DNA of 64,000 nt from Balanoglossus misakiensis (taxonomy: Eukaryota; Animalia; Hemichordata). Location: positions 244,922 to 308,921 of the forward strand of contig CM082579.2 in assembly GCA_040954595.2 (NCBI GenBank), written 5' to 3'. Under the pieces are notes generated by a model that did not search any database, was not told the DNA's origin, and saw only the letters and a program-made list of their open reading frames with translations. This document shows, piece after piece, positions 1 through 15,000 of the stretch; within the stretch, counting starts at the first letter, position 1; each line of letters begins with the position of its first letter. The position numbers and the translations under genes are program-made.

Positions 1-3000
1 GGAATTTTCGAAATTTGGTGATTTTTTGAAAAAATCATGGGTTATAGCTCAGGAAAATCGTCAAAAATCGACGATTTTGCGACCTCGGGAATTTTCGAAA
101 TTTGGTGATTTTTTGGAAAAATCATGGGTTATAGCTCAGGAAAATCGTCAAAAATCGACGATTTTGCGACCTCGGGAATTTTCGAAATTTGGTGATTTTT
201 TGGAAAAATCATGGGTTATAGCTCAGGAAAATCGTCAAAAATCGACGATTTTGCGACCTCGGGAATTTTCGAAATTTGGTGATTTTTTGAAAAAATCATG
301 GGTTATAGCTCAGGAAAATCGTCAAAAATCGACGATTTTGCGACCTCGGGAATTTTCGAAATTTGGTGATTTTTTGAAAAAATCATGGGTTATAGCTCAG
401 GAAAATCGTCAAAAATCGACGATTTTGCGACCTCGGGAATTTTCGAAATTTGGTGATTTTTTGGAAAAATCATGGGTTATAGCTCAGGAAAATCGTCAAA
501 AATCGACGATTTTGCGACCTCGGGAATTTTCGAAATTTGGTGATTTTTTGAAAAAATCATGGGTTATAGCTCAGGAAAATCGTCAAAAATCGACGATTTT
601 GCGACCTCGGGAATTTTCGAAATTTGGTGATTTTTTGAAAAAATCATGGGTTATAGCTCAGGAAAATCGTCAAAAATCGACGATTTTGCGACCTCGGGAA
701 TTTTCGAAATTTGGTGATTTTTTGAAAAAATCATGGGTTATAGCTCAGGAAAATCGTCAAAAATCGACGATTTTGCGACCTCGGGAATTTTCGAAATTTG
801 GTGATTTTTTGAAAAAATCATGGGTTATAGCTCAGGAAAATCGTCAAAAATCGACGATTTTGCGACCTCGGGAATTTTCGAAATTTGGTGATTTTTTGAA
901 AAAATCATGGGTTATAGCTCAGGAAAATCGTCAAAAATCGACGATTTTGCGACCTCGGGAATTTTCGAAATTTGGTGATTTTTTGAAAAAATCATGGGTT
1001 ATAGCTCAGGAAAATCGTCAAAAATCGACGATTTTGCGACCTCGGGAATTTTCGAAATTTGGTGATTTTTTGAAAAAATCATGGGTTATAGCTCAGGAAA
1101 ATCGTCAAAAATCGACGATTTTGCGACCTCGGGAATTTTCGAAATTTGGTGATTTTTTGAAAAAATCATGGGTTATAGCTCAGGAAAATCGTCAAAAATC
1201 GACGATTTTGCGACCTCGGGAATTTTCGAAATTTGGTGATTTTTTGAAAAAATCATGGGTTATAGCTCAGGAAAATCGTCAAAAATCGACGATTTTGCGA
1301 CCTCGGGAATTTTCGAAATTTGGTGATTTTTTGAAAAAATCATGGGTTATAGCTCAGGAAAATCGTCAAAAATCGACGATTTTGCGACCTCGGGAATTTT
1401 CGAAATTTGGTGATTTTTTGAAAAAATCATGGGTTATAGCTCAGGAAAATCGTCAAAAATCGACGATTTTGCGACCTCGGGAATTTTCGAAATTTGGTGA
1501 TTTTTTGAAAAAATCATGGGTTATAGCTCAGGAAAATCGTCAAAAATCGACGATTTTGCGACCTCGGGAATTTTCGAAATTTGGTGATTTTTTGAAAAAA
1601 TCATGGGTTATAGCTCAGGAAAATCGTCAAAAATCGACGATTTTGCGACTTCGGGAATTTTCGAAATTTGGTGATTTTTTGAAAAAATCATGGGTTATAG
1701 CTCAGGAAAATCGTCAAAAATCGACGATTTTGCGACCTCGGGAATTTTCGAAATTTGGTGATTTTTTGAAAAAATCATGGGTTATAGCTCAGGAAAATCG
1801 TCAAAAATCGACGATTTTGCGACCTCGGGAATTTTCGAAATTTGGTGATTTTTTGAAAAAATCATGGGTTATAGCTCAGGAAAATCGTCAAAAATCGACG
1901 ATTTTGCGACCTCGGGAATTTTCGAAATTTGGTGATTTTTTGAAAAAATCATGGGTTATAGCTCAGGAAAATCGTCAAAAATCGACGATTTTGCGACTTC
2001 GGGAATTTTCGAAATTTGGTGATTTTTTGAAAAAATCATGGGTTATAGCTCAGGAAAATCGTCAAAAATCGACGATTTTGCGACCTCGGGAATTTTCGAA
2101 ATTTGGTGATTTTTTGAAAAAATCATGGGTTATAGCTCAGGAAAATCGTCAAAAATCGACGATTTTGCGACTTCGGGAATTTTCGAAATTTGGTGATTTT
2201 TTGAAAAAATCATGGGTTATAGCTCAGGAAAATCGTCAAAAATCGACGATTTTGCGACTTCGGGAATTTTCGAAATTTGGTGATTTTTTGAAAAAATCAT
2301 GGGTTATAGCTCAGGAAAATCGTCAAAAATCGACGATTTTGCGACCTCGGGAATTTTCGAAATTTGGTGATTTTTTGAAAAAATCATGGGTTATAGCTCA
2401 GGAAAATCGTCAAAAATCGACGATTTTGCGACCTCGGGAATTTTCGAAATTTGGTGATTTTTTGAAAAAATCATGGGTTATAGCTCAGGAAAATCGTCAA
2501 AAATCGACGATTTTGCGACCTCGGGAATTTTCGAAATTTGGTGATTTTTTGAAAAAATCATGGGTTATAGCTCAGGAAAATCGTCAAAAATCGACGATTT
2601 TGCGACCTCGGGAATTTTCGAAATTTGGTGATTTTTTGAAAAAATCATGGGTTATAGCTCAGGAAAATCGTCAAAAATCGACGATTTTGCGACTTCGGGA
2701 ATTTTCGAAATTTGGTGATTTTTTGAAAAAATCATGGGTTATAGCTCAGGAAAATCGTCAAAAATCGACGATTTTGCGACCTTCGGGAATTTTCGAAATT
2801 TGGTGATTTTTTGAAAAAATCATGGGTTATAGCTCAGGAAAATCGTCAAAAATCGACGATTTTGCGACTTCGGGAATTTTCGAAATTTGGTGATTTTTTG
2901 AAAAAATCATGGGTTATAGCTCAGGAAAATCGTCAAAAATCGACGATTTTGCGACTTCGGGAATTTTCGAAATTTGGTGATTTTTTGAAAAAATCATGGG

Positions 3001-6000
3001 TTATAGCTCAGGAAAATCGTCAAAAATCGACGATTTTGCGACTTCGGGAATTTTCGAAATTTGGTGATTTTTTGAAAAAATCATGGGTTATAGCTCAGGA
3101 AAATCGTCAAAAATCGACGATTTTGCGACCTCGGGAATTTTCGAAATTTGGTGATTTTTTGAAAAAATCATGGGTTATAGCTCAGGAAAATCGTCAAAAA
3201 TCGACGATTTTGCGACTTCGGGAATTTTCGAAATTTGGTGATTTTTTGAAAAAATCATGGGTTATAGCTCAGGAAAATCGTCAAAAATCGACGATTTTGC
3301 GACCTCGGGAATTTTCGAAATTTGGTGATTTTTTGAAAAAATCATGGGTTATAGCTCAGGAAAATCGTCAAAAATCGACGATTTTGCGACTTCGGGAATT
3401 TTCGAAATTTGGTGATTTTTTGAAAAAATCATGGGTTATAGCTCAGGAAAATCGTCAAAAATCGACGATTTTGCGACTTCGGGAATTTTCGAAATTTGGT
3501 GATTTTTTGAAAAAATCATGGGTTATAGCTCAGGAAAATCGTCAAAAATCGACGATTTTGCGACTTCGGGAATTTTCGAAATTTGGTGATTTTTTGAAAA
3601 AATCATGGGTTATAGCTCAGGAAAATCGTCAAAAATCGACGATTTTGCGACTTCGGGAATTTTCGAAATTTGGTGATTTTTTGAAAAAATCATGGGTTAT
3701 AGCTCAGGAAAATCGTCAAAAATCGACGATTTTGCGACTTCGGGAATTTTCGAAATTTGGTGATTTTTTGAAAAAATCATGGGTTATAGCTCAGGAAAAT
3801 CGTCAAAAATCGACGATTTTGCGACTTCGGGAATTTTCGAAATTTGGTGATTTTTTGAAAAAATCATGGGTTATAGCTCAGGAAAATCGTCAAAAATCGA
3901 CGATTTTGCGACTTCGGGAATTTTCGAAATTTGGTGATTTTTTGAAAAAATCATGGGTTATAGCTCAGGAAAATCGTCAAAAATCGACGATTTTGCGACT
4001 TCGGGAATTTTCGAAATTTGGTGATTTTTTGAAAAAATCATGGGTTATAGCTCAGGAAAATCGTCAAAAATCGACGATTTTGCGACTTCGGGAATTTTCG
4101 AAATTTGGTGATTTTTTGAAAAAATCATGGGTTATAGCTCAGGAAAATCGTCAAAAATCGACGATTTTGCGACTTCGGGAATTTTCGAAATTTGGTGATT
4201 TTTTGAAAAAATCATGGGTTATAGCTCAGGAAAATCGTCAAAAATCGACGATTTTGCGACTTCGGGAATTTTCGAAATTTGGTGATTTTTTGAAAAAATC
4301 ATGGGTTATAGCTCAGGAAAATCGTCAAAAATCGACGATTTTGCGACTTCGGGAATTTTCGAAATTTGGTGATTTTTTGAAAAAATCATGGGTTATAGCT
4401 CAGGAAAATCGTCAAAAATCGACGATTTTGCGACTTCGGGAATTTTCGAAATTTGGTGATTTTTTGAAAAAATCATGGGTTATAGCTCAGGAAAATCGTC
4501 AAAAATCGACGATTTTGCGACTTCGGGAATTTTCGAAATTTGGTGATTTTTTGAAAAAATCATGGGTTATAGCTCAGGAAAATCGTCAAAAATCGACGAT
4601 TTTGCGACTTCGGGAATTTTCGAAATTTGGTGATTTTTTGAAAAAATCATGGGTTATAGCTCAGGAAAATCGTCAAAAATCGACGATTTTGCGACTTCGG
4701 GAATTTTCGAAATTTGGTGATTTTTTGAAAAAATCATGGGTTATAGCTCAGGAAAATCGTCAAAAATCGACGATTTTGCGACTTCGGGAATTTTCGAAAT
4801 TTGGTGATTTTTTGAAAAAATCATGGGTTATAGCTCAGGAAAATCGTCAAAAATCGACGATTTTGCGACTTCGGGAATTTTCGAAATTTGGTGATTTTTT
4901 GAAAAAATCATGGGTTATAGCTCAGGAAAATCGTCAAAAATCGACGATTTTGCGACTTCGGGAATTTTCGAAATTTGGTGATTTTTTGAAAAAATCATGG
5001 GTTATAGCTCAGGAAAATCGTCAAAAATCGACGATTTTGCGACTTCGGGAATTTTCGAAATTTGGTGATTTTTTGAAAAAATCATGGGTTATAGCTCAGG
5101 AAAATCGTCAAAAATCGACGATTTTGCGACTTCGGGAATTTTCGAAATTTGGTGATTTTTTGAAAAAATCATGGGTTATAGCTCAGGAAAATCGTCAAAA
5201 ATCGACGATTTTGCGACTTCGGGAATTTTCGAAATTTGGTGATTTTTTGAAAAAATCATGGGTTATAGCTCAGGAAAATCGTCAAAAATCGACGATTTTG
5301 CGACTTCGGGAATTTTCGAAATTTGGTGATTTTTTGAAAAAATCATGGGTTATAGCTCAGGAAAATCGTCAAAAATCGACGATTTTGCGACTTCGGGAAT
5401 TTTCGAAATTTGGTGATTTTTTGAAAAAATCATGGGTTATAGCTCAGGAAAATCGTCAAAAATCGACGATTTTGCGACTTCGGGAATTTTCGAAATTTGG
5501 TGATTTTTTGAAAAAATCATGGGTTATAGCTCAGGAAAATCGTCAAAAATCGACGATTTTGCGACTTCGGGAATTTTCGAAATTTGGTGATTTTTTGAAA
5601 AAATCATGGGTTATAGCTCAGGAAAATCGTCAAAAATCGACGATTTTGCGACTTCGGGAATTTTCGAAATTTGGTGATTTTTTGAAAAAATCATGGGTTA
5701 TAGCTCAGGAAAATCGTCAAAAATCGACGATTTTGCGACTTCGGGAATTTTCGAAATTTGGTGATTTTTTGAAAAAATCATGGGTTATAGCTCAGGAAAA
5801 TCGTCAAAAATCGACGATTTTGCGACTTCGGGAATTTTCGAAATTTGGTGATTTTTTGAAAAAATCATGGGTTATAGCTCAGGAAAATCGTCAAAAATCG
5901 ACGATTTTGCGACTTCGGGAATTTTCGAAATTTGGTGATTTTTTGAAAAAATCATGGGTTATAGCTCAGGAAAATCGTCAAAAATCGACGATTTTGCGAC

Positions 6001-9000
6001 TTCGGGAATTTTCGAAATTTGGTGATTTTTTGAAAAAATCATGGGTTATAGCTCAGGAAAATCGTCAAAAATCGACGATTTTGCGACTTCGGGAATTTTC
6101 GAAATTTGGTGATTTTTTGAAAAAATCATGGGTTATAGCTCAGGAAAATCGTCAAAAATCGACGATTTTGCGACTTCGGGAATTTTCGAAATTTGGTGAT
6201 TTTTTGAAAAAATCATGGGTTATAGCTCAGGAAAATCGTCAAAAATCGACGATTTTGCGACTTCGGGAATTTTCGAAATTTGGTGATTTTTTGAAAAAAT
6301 CATGGGTTATAGCTCAGGAAAATCGTCAAAAATCGACGATTTTGCGACTTCGGGAATTTTCGAAATTTGGTGATTTTTTGAAAAAATCATGGGTTATAGC
6401 TCAGGAAAATCGTCAAAAATCGACGATTTTGCGACTTCGGGAATTTTCGAAATTTGGTGATTTTTTGAAAAAATCATGGGTTATAGCTCAGGAAAATCGT
6501 CAAAAATCGACGATTTTGCGACTTCGGGAATTTTCGAAATTTGGTGATTTTTTGAAAAAATCATGGGTTATAGCTCAGGAAAATCGTCAAAAATCGACGA
6601 TTTTGCGACTTCGGGAATTTTCGAAATTTGGTGATTTTTTGAAAAAATCATGGGTTATAGCTCAGGAAAATCGTCAAAAATCGACGATTTTGCGACTTCG
6701 GGAATTTTCGAAATTTGGTGATTTTTTGAAAAAATCATGGGTTATAGCTCAGGAAAATCGTCAAAAATCGACGATTTTGCGACTTCGGGAATTTTCGAAA
6801 TTTGGTGATTTTTTGAAAAAATCATGGGTTATAGCTCAGGAAAATCGTCAAAAATCGACGATTTTGCGACTTCGGGAATTTTCGAAATTTGGTGATTTTT
6901 TGAAAAAATCATGGGTTATAGCTCAGGAAAATCGTCAAAAATCGACGATTTTGCGACTTCGGGAATTTTCGAAATTTGGTGATTTTTTGAAAAAATCATG
7001 GGTTATAGCTCAGGAAAATCGTCAAAAATCGACGATTTTGCGACTTCGGGAATTTTCGAAATTTGGTGATTTTTTGAAAAAATCATGGGTTATAGCTCAG
7101 GAAAATCGTCAAAAATCGACGATTTTGCGACTTCGGGAATTTTCGAAATTTGGTGATTTTTTGAAAAAATCATGGGTTATAGCTCAGGAAAATCGTCAAA
7201 AATCGACGATTTTGCGACTTCGGGAATTTTCGAAATTTGGTGATTTTTTGAAAAAATCGTGGGTTATAGCTCAGGAAAATCGTCAAAAATCGACGATTTT
7301 GCGACTTCGGGAATTTTCGAAATTTGGTGATTTTTTGAAAAAATCATGGGTTATAGCTCAGGAAAATCGTCAAAAATCGACGATTTTGCGACTTCGGGAA
7401 TTTTCGAAATTTGGTGATTTTTTGAAAAAATCATGGGTTATAGCTCAGGAAAATCGTCAAAAATCGACGATTTTGCGACTTCGGGAATTTTCGAAATTTG
7501 GTGATTTTTTGAAAAAATCATGGGTTATAGCTCAGGAAAATCGTCAAAAATCGACGATTTTGCGACTTCGGGAATTTTCGAAATTTGGTGATTTTTTGAA
7601 AAAATCATGGGTTATAGCTCAGGAAAATCGTCAAAAATCGACGATTTTGCGACTTCGGGAATTTTCGAAATTTGGTGATTTTTTGAAAAAATCATGGGTT
7701 ATAGCTCAGGAAAATCGTCAAAAATCGACGATTTTGCGACTTCGGGAATTTTCGAAATTTGGTGATTTTTTGAAAAAATCATGGGTTATAGCTCAGGAAA
7801 ATCGTCAAAAATCGACGATTTTGCGACTTCGGGAATTTTCGAAATTTGGTGATTTTTTGAAAAAATCATGGGTTATAGCTCAGGAAAATCGTCAAAAATC
7901 GACGATTTTGCGACTTCGGGAATTTTCGAAATTTGGTGATTTTTTGAAAAAATCATGGGTTATAGCTCAGGAAAATCGTCAAAAATCGACGATTTTGCGA
8001 CTTCGGGAATTTTCGAAATTTGGTGATTTTTTGAAAAAATCATGGGTTATAGCTCAGGAAAATCGTCAAAAATCGACGATTTTGCGACTTCGGGAATTTT
8101 CGAAATTTGGTGATTTTTTGAAAAAATCATGGGTTATAGCTCAGGAAAATCGTCAAAAATCGACGATTTTGCGACTTCGGGAATTTTCGAAATTTGGTGA
8201 TTTTTTGAAAAAATCATGGGTTATAGCTCAGGAAAATCGTCAAAAATCGACGATTTTGCGACTTCGGGAATTTTCGAAATTTGGTGATTTTTTGAAAAAA
8301 TCATGGGTTATAGCTCAGGAAAATCGTCAAAAATCGACGATTTTGCGACTTCGGGAATTTTCGAAATTTGGTGATTTTTTGAAAAAATCGTGGGTTATAG
8401 CTCAGGAAAATCGTCAAAAATCGACGATTTTGCGACTTCGGGAATTTTCGAAATTTGGTGATTTTTTGAAAAAATCATGGGTTATAGCTCAGGAAAATCG
8501 TCAAAAATCGACGATTTTGCGACTTCGGGAATTTTCGAAATTTGGTGATTTTTTGAAAAAATCATGGGTTATAGCTCAGGAAAATCGTCAAAAATCGACG
8601 ATTTTGCGACTTCGGGAATTTTCGAAATTTGGTGATTTTTTGAAAAAATCATGGGTTATAGCTCAGGAAAATCGTCAAAAATCGACGATTTTGCGACTTC
8701 GGGAATTTTCGAAATTTGGTGATTTTTTGAAAAAATCATGGGTTATAGCTCAGGAAAATCGTCAAAAATCGACGATTTTGCGACTTCGGGAATTTTCGAA
8801 ATTTGGTGATTTTTTGAAAAAATCATGGGTTATAGCTCAGGAAAATCGTCAAAAATCGACGATTTTGCGACTTCGGGAATTTTCGAAATTTGGTGATTTT
8901 TTGAAAAAATCATGGGTTATAGCTCAGGAAAATCGTCAAAAATCGACGATTTTGCGACTTCGGGAATTTTCGAAATTTGGTGATTTTTTGAAAAAATCGT

Positions 9001-12000
9001 GGGTTATAGCTCAGGAAAATCGTCAAAAATCGACGATTTTGCGACTTCGGGAATTTTCGAAATTTGGTGATTTTTTGAAAAAATCGTGGGTTATAGCTCA
9101 GGAAAATCGTCAAAAATCGACGATTTTGCGAGTTCGGGAATTTTCGAAATTTGGTGATTTTTTGAAAAAATCGTGGGTTATAGCTCAGGAAAATCGTCAA
9201 AAATCGACGATTTTGCGAGTTCGGGAATTTTCGAAATTTGGTGATTTTTTGAAAAAATCGTGGGTTATAGCTCAGGAAAATCGTCAAAAATCGACGATTT
9301 TGCGACTTCGGGAATTTTCGAAATTTGGTGATTTTTTGAAAAAATCGTGGGTTATAGCTCAGGAAAATCGTCAAAAATCGACGATTTTGCGACTTCGGGA
9401 ATTTTCGAAATTTGGTGATTTTTTGAAAAAATCGTGGGTTATAGCTCAGGAAAATCGTCAAAAATCGACGATTTTGCGACTTCGGGAATTTTCGAAATTT
9501 GGTGATTTTTTGAAAAATCGTGGGTTATAGCTCAGGAAAATCGTCAAAAATCGACGATTTTGCGACTTCGGGAATTTTCGAAATTTGGTGATTTTTGAAA
9601 AAATCATGGGTTATAGCTCAGGAAAATCGTCAAAAATCGACGATTTTGCGACTTCGGGAATTTTCGAAATTTGGTGATTTTTTGAAAAAATCATGGGTTA
9701 TAGCTCAGGAAAATCGTCAAAATCGACGATTTTGCGACTTCGGGAATTTTCGAAATTTGGTGATTTTTTGAAAAAATCATGGGTTATAGCTCAGGAAAAT
9801 CGTCAAAAATCGACGATTTTGCGACTTCGGGAATTTTCGAAATTTGGTGATTTTTTGAAAAAATCATGGGTTATAGCTCAGGAAAATCGTCAAAAATCGA
9901 CGATTTTGCGACTTCGGGAATTTTCGAAATTTGGTGATTTTTTGAAAAAATCATGGGTTATAGCTCAGGAAAATCGTCAAAAATCGACGATTTTGCGACT
10001 TCGGGAATTTTCGAAATTTGGTGATTTTTTGAAAAAATCATGGGTTATAGCTCAGGAAAATCGTCAAAAATCGACGATTTTGCGACTTCGGGAATTTTCG
10101 AAATTTGGTGATTTTTTGAAAAAATCGTGGGTTATAGCTCAGGAAAATCGTCAAAAATCGACGATTTTGCGACTTCGGGAATTTTCGAAATTTGGTGATT
10201 TTTTGAAAAAATCGTGGGTTATAGCTCAGGAAAATCGTCAAAAATCGACGATTTTGCGACTTCGGGAATTTTCGAAATTTGGTGATTTTTTGAAAAAATC
10301 ATGGGTTATAGCTCAGGAAAATCGTCAAAAATCGACGATTTTGCGACTTCGGGAATTTTCGAAATTTGGTGATTTTTTTGAAAAAATCATGGGTTATAGC
10401 TCAGGAAATCGTCAAAAATCGACGATTTTGCGACTTCGGGAATTTTCGAAATTTGGTGATTTTTTGAAAAAATCGTGGGTTATAGCTCAGGAAAATTGTC
10501 AAAAATCGACGATTTTGCGACTTCGGGAATTTTCGAAATTTGGTGATTTTTTGAAAAAATCGTGGGTTATAGCTCAGGAAAATCGTCAAAAATCGACGAT
10601 TTTGCGAGTTCGGGAATTTTCGAAATTTGGTGATTTTTTGAAAAAATCAGTGGGTTATAGCTCAGGAAAATCGTCAAAAATCGACGATTTTGCGAGTTCG
10701 GGAATTTTCGAAATTTGGTGATTTTTTGAAAAAATCGTGGGTTATAGCTCAGGAAAATCGTCAAAAATCGACGATTTTGCGACTTCGGGAATTTTCGAAA
10801 TTTGGTGATTTTTTGAAAAAATCATGGGTTATAGCTCAGGAAAATCGTCAAAAATCGACGATTTTGCGAGTTCGGGAATTTTCGAAATTTGGTGATTTTT
10901 GAAAAAATCAGTGGGTTATAGCTCAGGAAAATCGTCAAAAATCGACGATTTTGCGACTTCGGGAATTTTCGAAATTTGGTGATTTTTTGAAAAAATCATG
11001 GGTTATAGCTCAGGAAAATCGTCAAAAATCGACGATTTTGCGACTTCGGGAATTTTCGAAATTTGGTGATTTTTTGAAAAAATCGTGGGTTATAGCTCAG
11101 GAAAATCGTCAAAAATCGACGATTTTGCGACTTCGGGAATTTTCGAAATTTGGTGATTTTTTGAAAAAATCGTGGGTTATAGCTCAGGAAAATCGTCAAA
11201 AATCGACGATTTTGCGACTTCGGGAATTTTCGAAATTTGGTGATTTTTTGAAAAAATCATGGGTTATAGCTCAGGAAAATCGTCAAAAATCGACGATTTT
11301 GCGACTTCGGGAATTTTCGAAATTTGGTGATTTTTTGAAAAAATCATGGGTTATAGCTCAGGAAAATCGTCAAAAATCGACGATTTTGCGACTTCGGGAA
11401 TTTTCGAAATTTGGTGATTTTTTGAAAAAATCATGGGTTATAGCTCAGGAAAATCGTCAAAAATCGACGATTTTGCGACTTCGGGAATTTTCGAAATTTG
11501 GTGATTTTTTGAAAAAATCATGGGTTATAGCTCAGGAAAATCGTCAAAAATCGACGATTTTGCGACTTCGGGAATTTTCGAAATTTGGTGATTTTTTGAA
11601 AAAATCATGGGTTATAGCTCAGGAAAATCGTCAAAAATCGACGATTTTGCGACTTCGGGAATTTTCGAAATTTGGTGATTTTTTGAAAAAATCATGGGTT
11701 ATAGCTCAGGAAAATCGTCAAAAATCGACGATTTTGCGACTTCGGGAATTTTCGAAATTTGGTGATTTTTTGAAAAAATCATGGGTTATAGCTCAGGAAA
11801 ATCGTCAAAAATCGACGATTTTGCGACTTCGGGAATTTTCGAAATTTGGTGATTTTTTGAAAAAATCATGGGTTATAGCTCAGGAAAATCGTCAAAAATC
11901 GACGATTTTGCGACTTCGGGAATTTTCGAAATTTGGTGATTTTTTGAAAAAATCATGGGTTATAGCTCAGGAAAATCGTCAAAAATCGACGATTTTGCGA

Positions 12001-15000
12001 CTTCGGGAATTTTCGAAATTTGGTGATTTTTTGAAAAAATCATGGGTTATAGCTCAGGAAAATCGTCAAAAATCGACGATTTTGCGACTTCGGGAATTTT
12101 CGAAATTTGGTGATTTTTTGAAAAAATCGTGGGTTATAGCTCAGGAAAATCGTCAAAAATCGACGATTTTGCGACTTCGGGAATTTTCGAAATTTGGTGA
12201 TTTTTTGAAAAAATCGTGGGTTATAGCTCAGGAAAATCGTCAAAAATCGACGATTTTGCGACTTCGGGAATTTTCGAAATTTGGTGATTTTTTGAAAAAA
12301 TCGTGGGTTATAGCTCAGGAAAATCGTCAAAAATCGACGATTTTGCGACTTCGGGAATTTTCGAAATTTGGTGATTTTTTGAAAAATCGTGGGTTATAGC
12401 TCAGGAAAATCGTCAAAAATCGACGATTTTGCGACTTCGGGAATTTTCGAAATTTGGTGATTTTTTGAAAAAATCGTGGGTTATAGCTCAGGAAAATCGT
12501 CAAAAATCGACGATTTTGCGACTTCGGGAATTTTCGAAATTTGGTGATTTTTTGAAAAAATCGTGGGTTATAGCTCAGGAAAATCGTCAAAATCGACGAT
12601 TTTGCGACTTCGGGAATTTTCGAAATTTGGTGATTTTTTGAAAAAATCGTGGGTTATAGCTCAGGAAAATCGTCAAAAATCGACGATTTTGCGACTTCGG
12701 GAATTTTCGAAATTTGGTGATTTTTTGAAAAATCGTGGGTTATAGCTCAGGAAAATCGTCAAAAATCGACGATTTTGCGACTTCGGGAATTTTCGAAATT
12801 TGGTGATTTTTTGAAAAAATCGTGGGTTATAGCTCAGGAAAATCGTCAAAAATCGACGATTTTGCGACTTCGGGAATTTTCGAAATTTGGTGATTTTTTG
12901 AAAAAATCATGGGTTATAGCTCAGGAAAATCGTCAAAAATCGACGATTTTGCGACTTCGGGAATTTTCGAAATTTGGTGATTTTTTGAAAAAATCATGGG
13001 TTATAGCTCAGGAAAATCGTCAAAAATCGACGATTTTGCGACTTCGGGAATTTTCGAAATTTGGTGATTTTTTGAAAAAATCATGGGTTATAGCTCAGGA
13101 AAATCGTCAAAAATCGACGATTTTGCAACTTCGGGAATTTTCGAAATTTGGTGATTTTTTGAAAAAATCGTGGGTTATAGCTCAGGAAAATCGTCAAAAA
13201 TCGACGATTTTGCGACTTCGGGAATTTTCGAAATTTGGTGATTTTTTGAAAAAATCATGGGTTATAGCTCAGGAAAATCGTCAAAAATCGACGATTTTGC
13301 GACTTCGGGAATTTTCGAAATTTGGTGATTTTTTGAAAAAATCATGGGTTATAGCTCAGGAAAATCGTCAAAAATCGACGATTTTGCGACTTCGGGAATT
13401 TTCGAAATTTGGTGATTTTTTGAAAAAATCATGGGTTATAGCTCAGGAAAATCGTCAAAAATCGACGATTTTGCGACTTCGGGAATTTTCGAAATTTGGT
13501 GATTTTTTGAAAAAATCATGGGTTATAGCTCAGGAAAATCGTCAAAAATCGACGATTTTGCGACTTCGGGAATTTTCGAAATTTGGTGATTTTTTGAAAA
13601 AATCGTGGGTTATAGCTCAGGAAAATCGTCAAAAATCGACGATTTTGCGAGTTCGGGAATTTTCGAAATTTGGTGATTTTTTGAAAAAATCGTGGGTTAT
13701 AGCTCAGGAAAATCGTCAAAAATCGACGATTTTGCGACTTCGGGAATTTTCGAAATTTGGTGATTTTTTGAAAAAATCGTGGGTTATAGCTCAGGAAAAT
13801 CGTCAAAAATCGACGATTTTGCGACTTCGGGAATTTTCGAAATTTGGTGATTTTTTGAAAAAATCGTGGGTTATAGCTCAGGAAAATCGTCAAAAATCGA
13901 CGATTTTGCGACTTCGGGAATTTTCGAAATTTGGTGATTTTTTGAAAAAATCGTGGGTTATAGCTCAGGAAAATCGTCAAAAATCGACGATTTTGCGACT
14001 TCGGGAATTTTCGAAATTTGGTGATTTTTTGAAAAAATCATGGGTTATAGCTCAGGAAAATCGTCAAAAATCGACGATTTTGCGACTTCGGGAATTTTCG
14101 AAATTTGGTGATTTTTTGAAAAAATCGTGGGTTATAGCTCAGGAAAATCGTCAAAAATCGACGATTTTGCGACTTCGGGAATTTTCGAAATTTGGTGATT
14201 TTTTGAAAAAATCGTGGGTTATAGCTCAGGAAAATCGTCAAAAATCGACGATTTTGCGACTTCGGGAATTTTCGAAATTTGGTGATTTTTTGAAAAAATC
14301 ATGGGTTATAGCTCAGGAAAATCGTCAAAAATCGACGATTTTGCGACTTCGGGAATTTTCGAAATTTGGTGATTTTTTGAAAAAATCATGGGTTATAGCT
14401 CAGGAAAATCGTCAAAAATCGACGATTTTGCGACTTCGGGAATTTTCGAAATTTGGTGATTTTTTGAAAAAATCATGGGTTATAGCTCAGGAAAATCGTC
14501 AAAAATCGACGATTTTGCGACTTCGGGAATTTTCGAAATTTGGTGATTTTTTGAAAAAATCATGGGTTATAGCTCAGGAAAATCGTCAAAAATCGACGAT
14601 TTTGCGACTTCGGGAATTTTCGAAATTTGGTGATTTTTTGAAAAAATCATGGGTTATAGCTCAGGAAAATCGTCAAAAATCGACGATTTTGCGACTTCGG
14701 GAATTTTCGAAATTTGGTGATTTTTTGAAAAAATCGTGGGTTATAGCTCAGGAAAATCGTCAAAAATCGACGATTTTGCGACTTCGGGAATTTTCGAAAT
14801 TTGGTGATTTTTTGAAAAAATCATGGGTTATAGCTCAGGAAAATCGTCAAAAATCGACGATTTTGCGACTTCGGGAATTTTCGAAATTTGGTGATTTTTT
14901 GAAAAAATCATGGGTTATAGCTCAGGAAAATCGTCAAAATCGACGATTTTGCGACTTCGGGAATTTTCGAAATTTGGTGATTTTTTGAAAAAATCATGGG

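Noticed and set aside
80-100. CENP-B box in the unit (CTTCGGGAATTTTCGAA)
   Set aside because: Does not match TTCG-N4-A-N2-CGGG on either strand.
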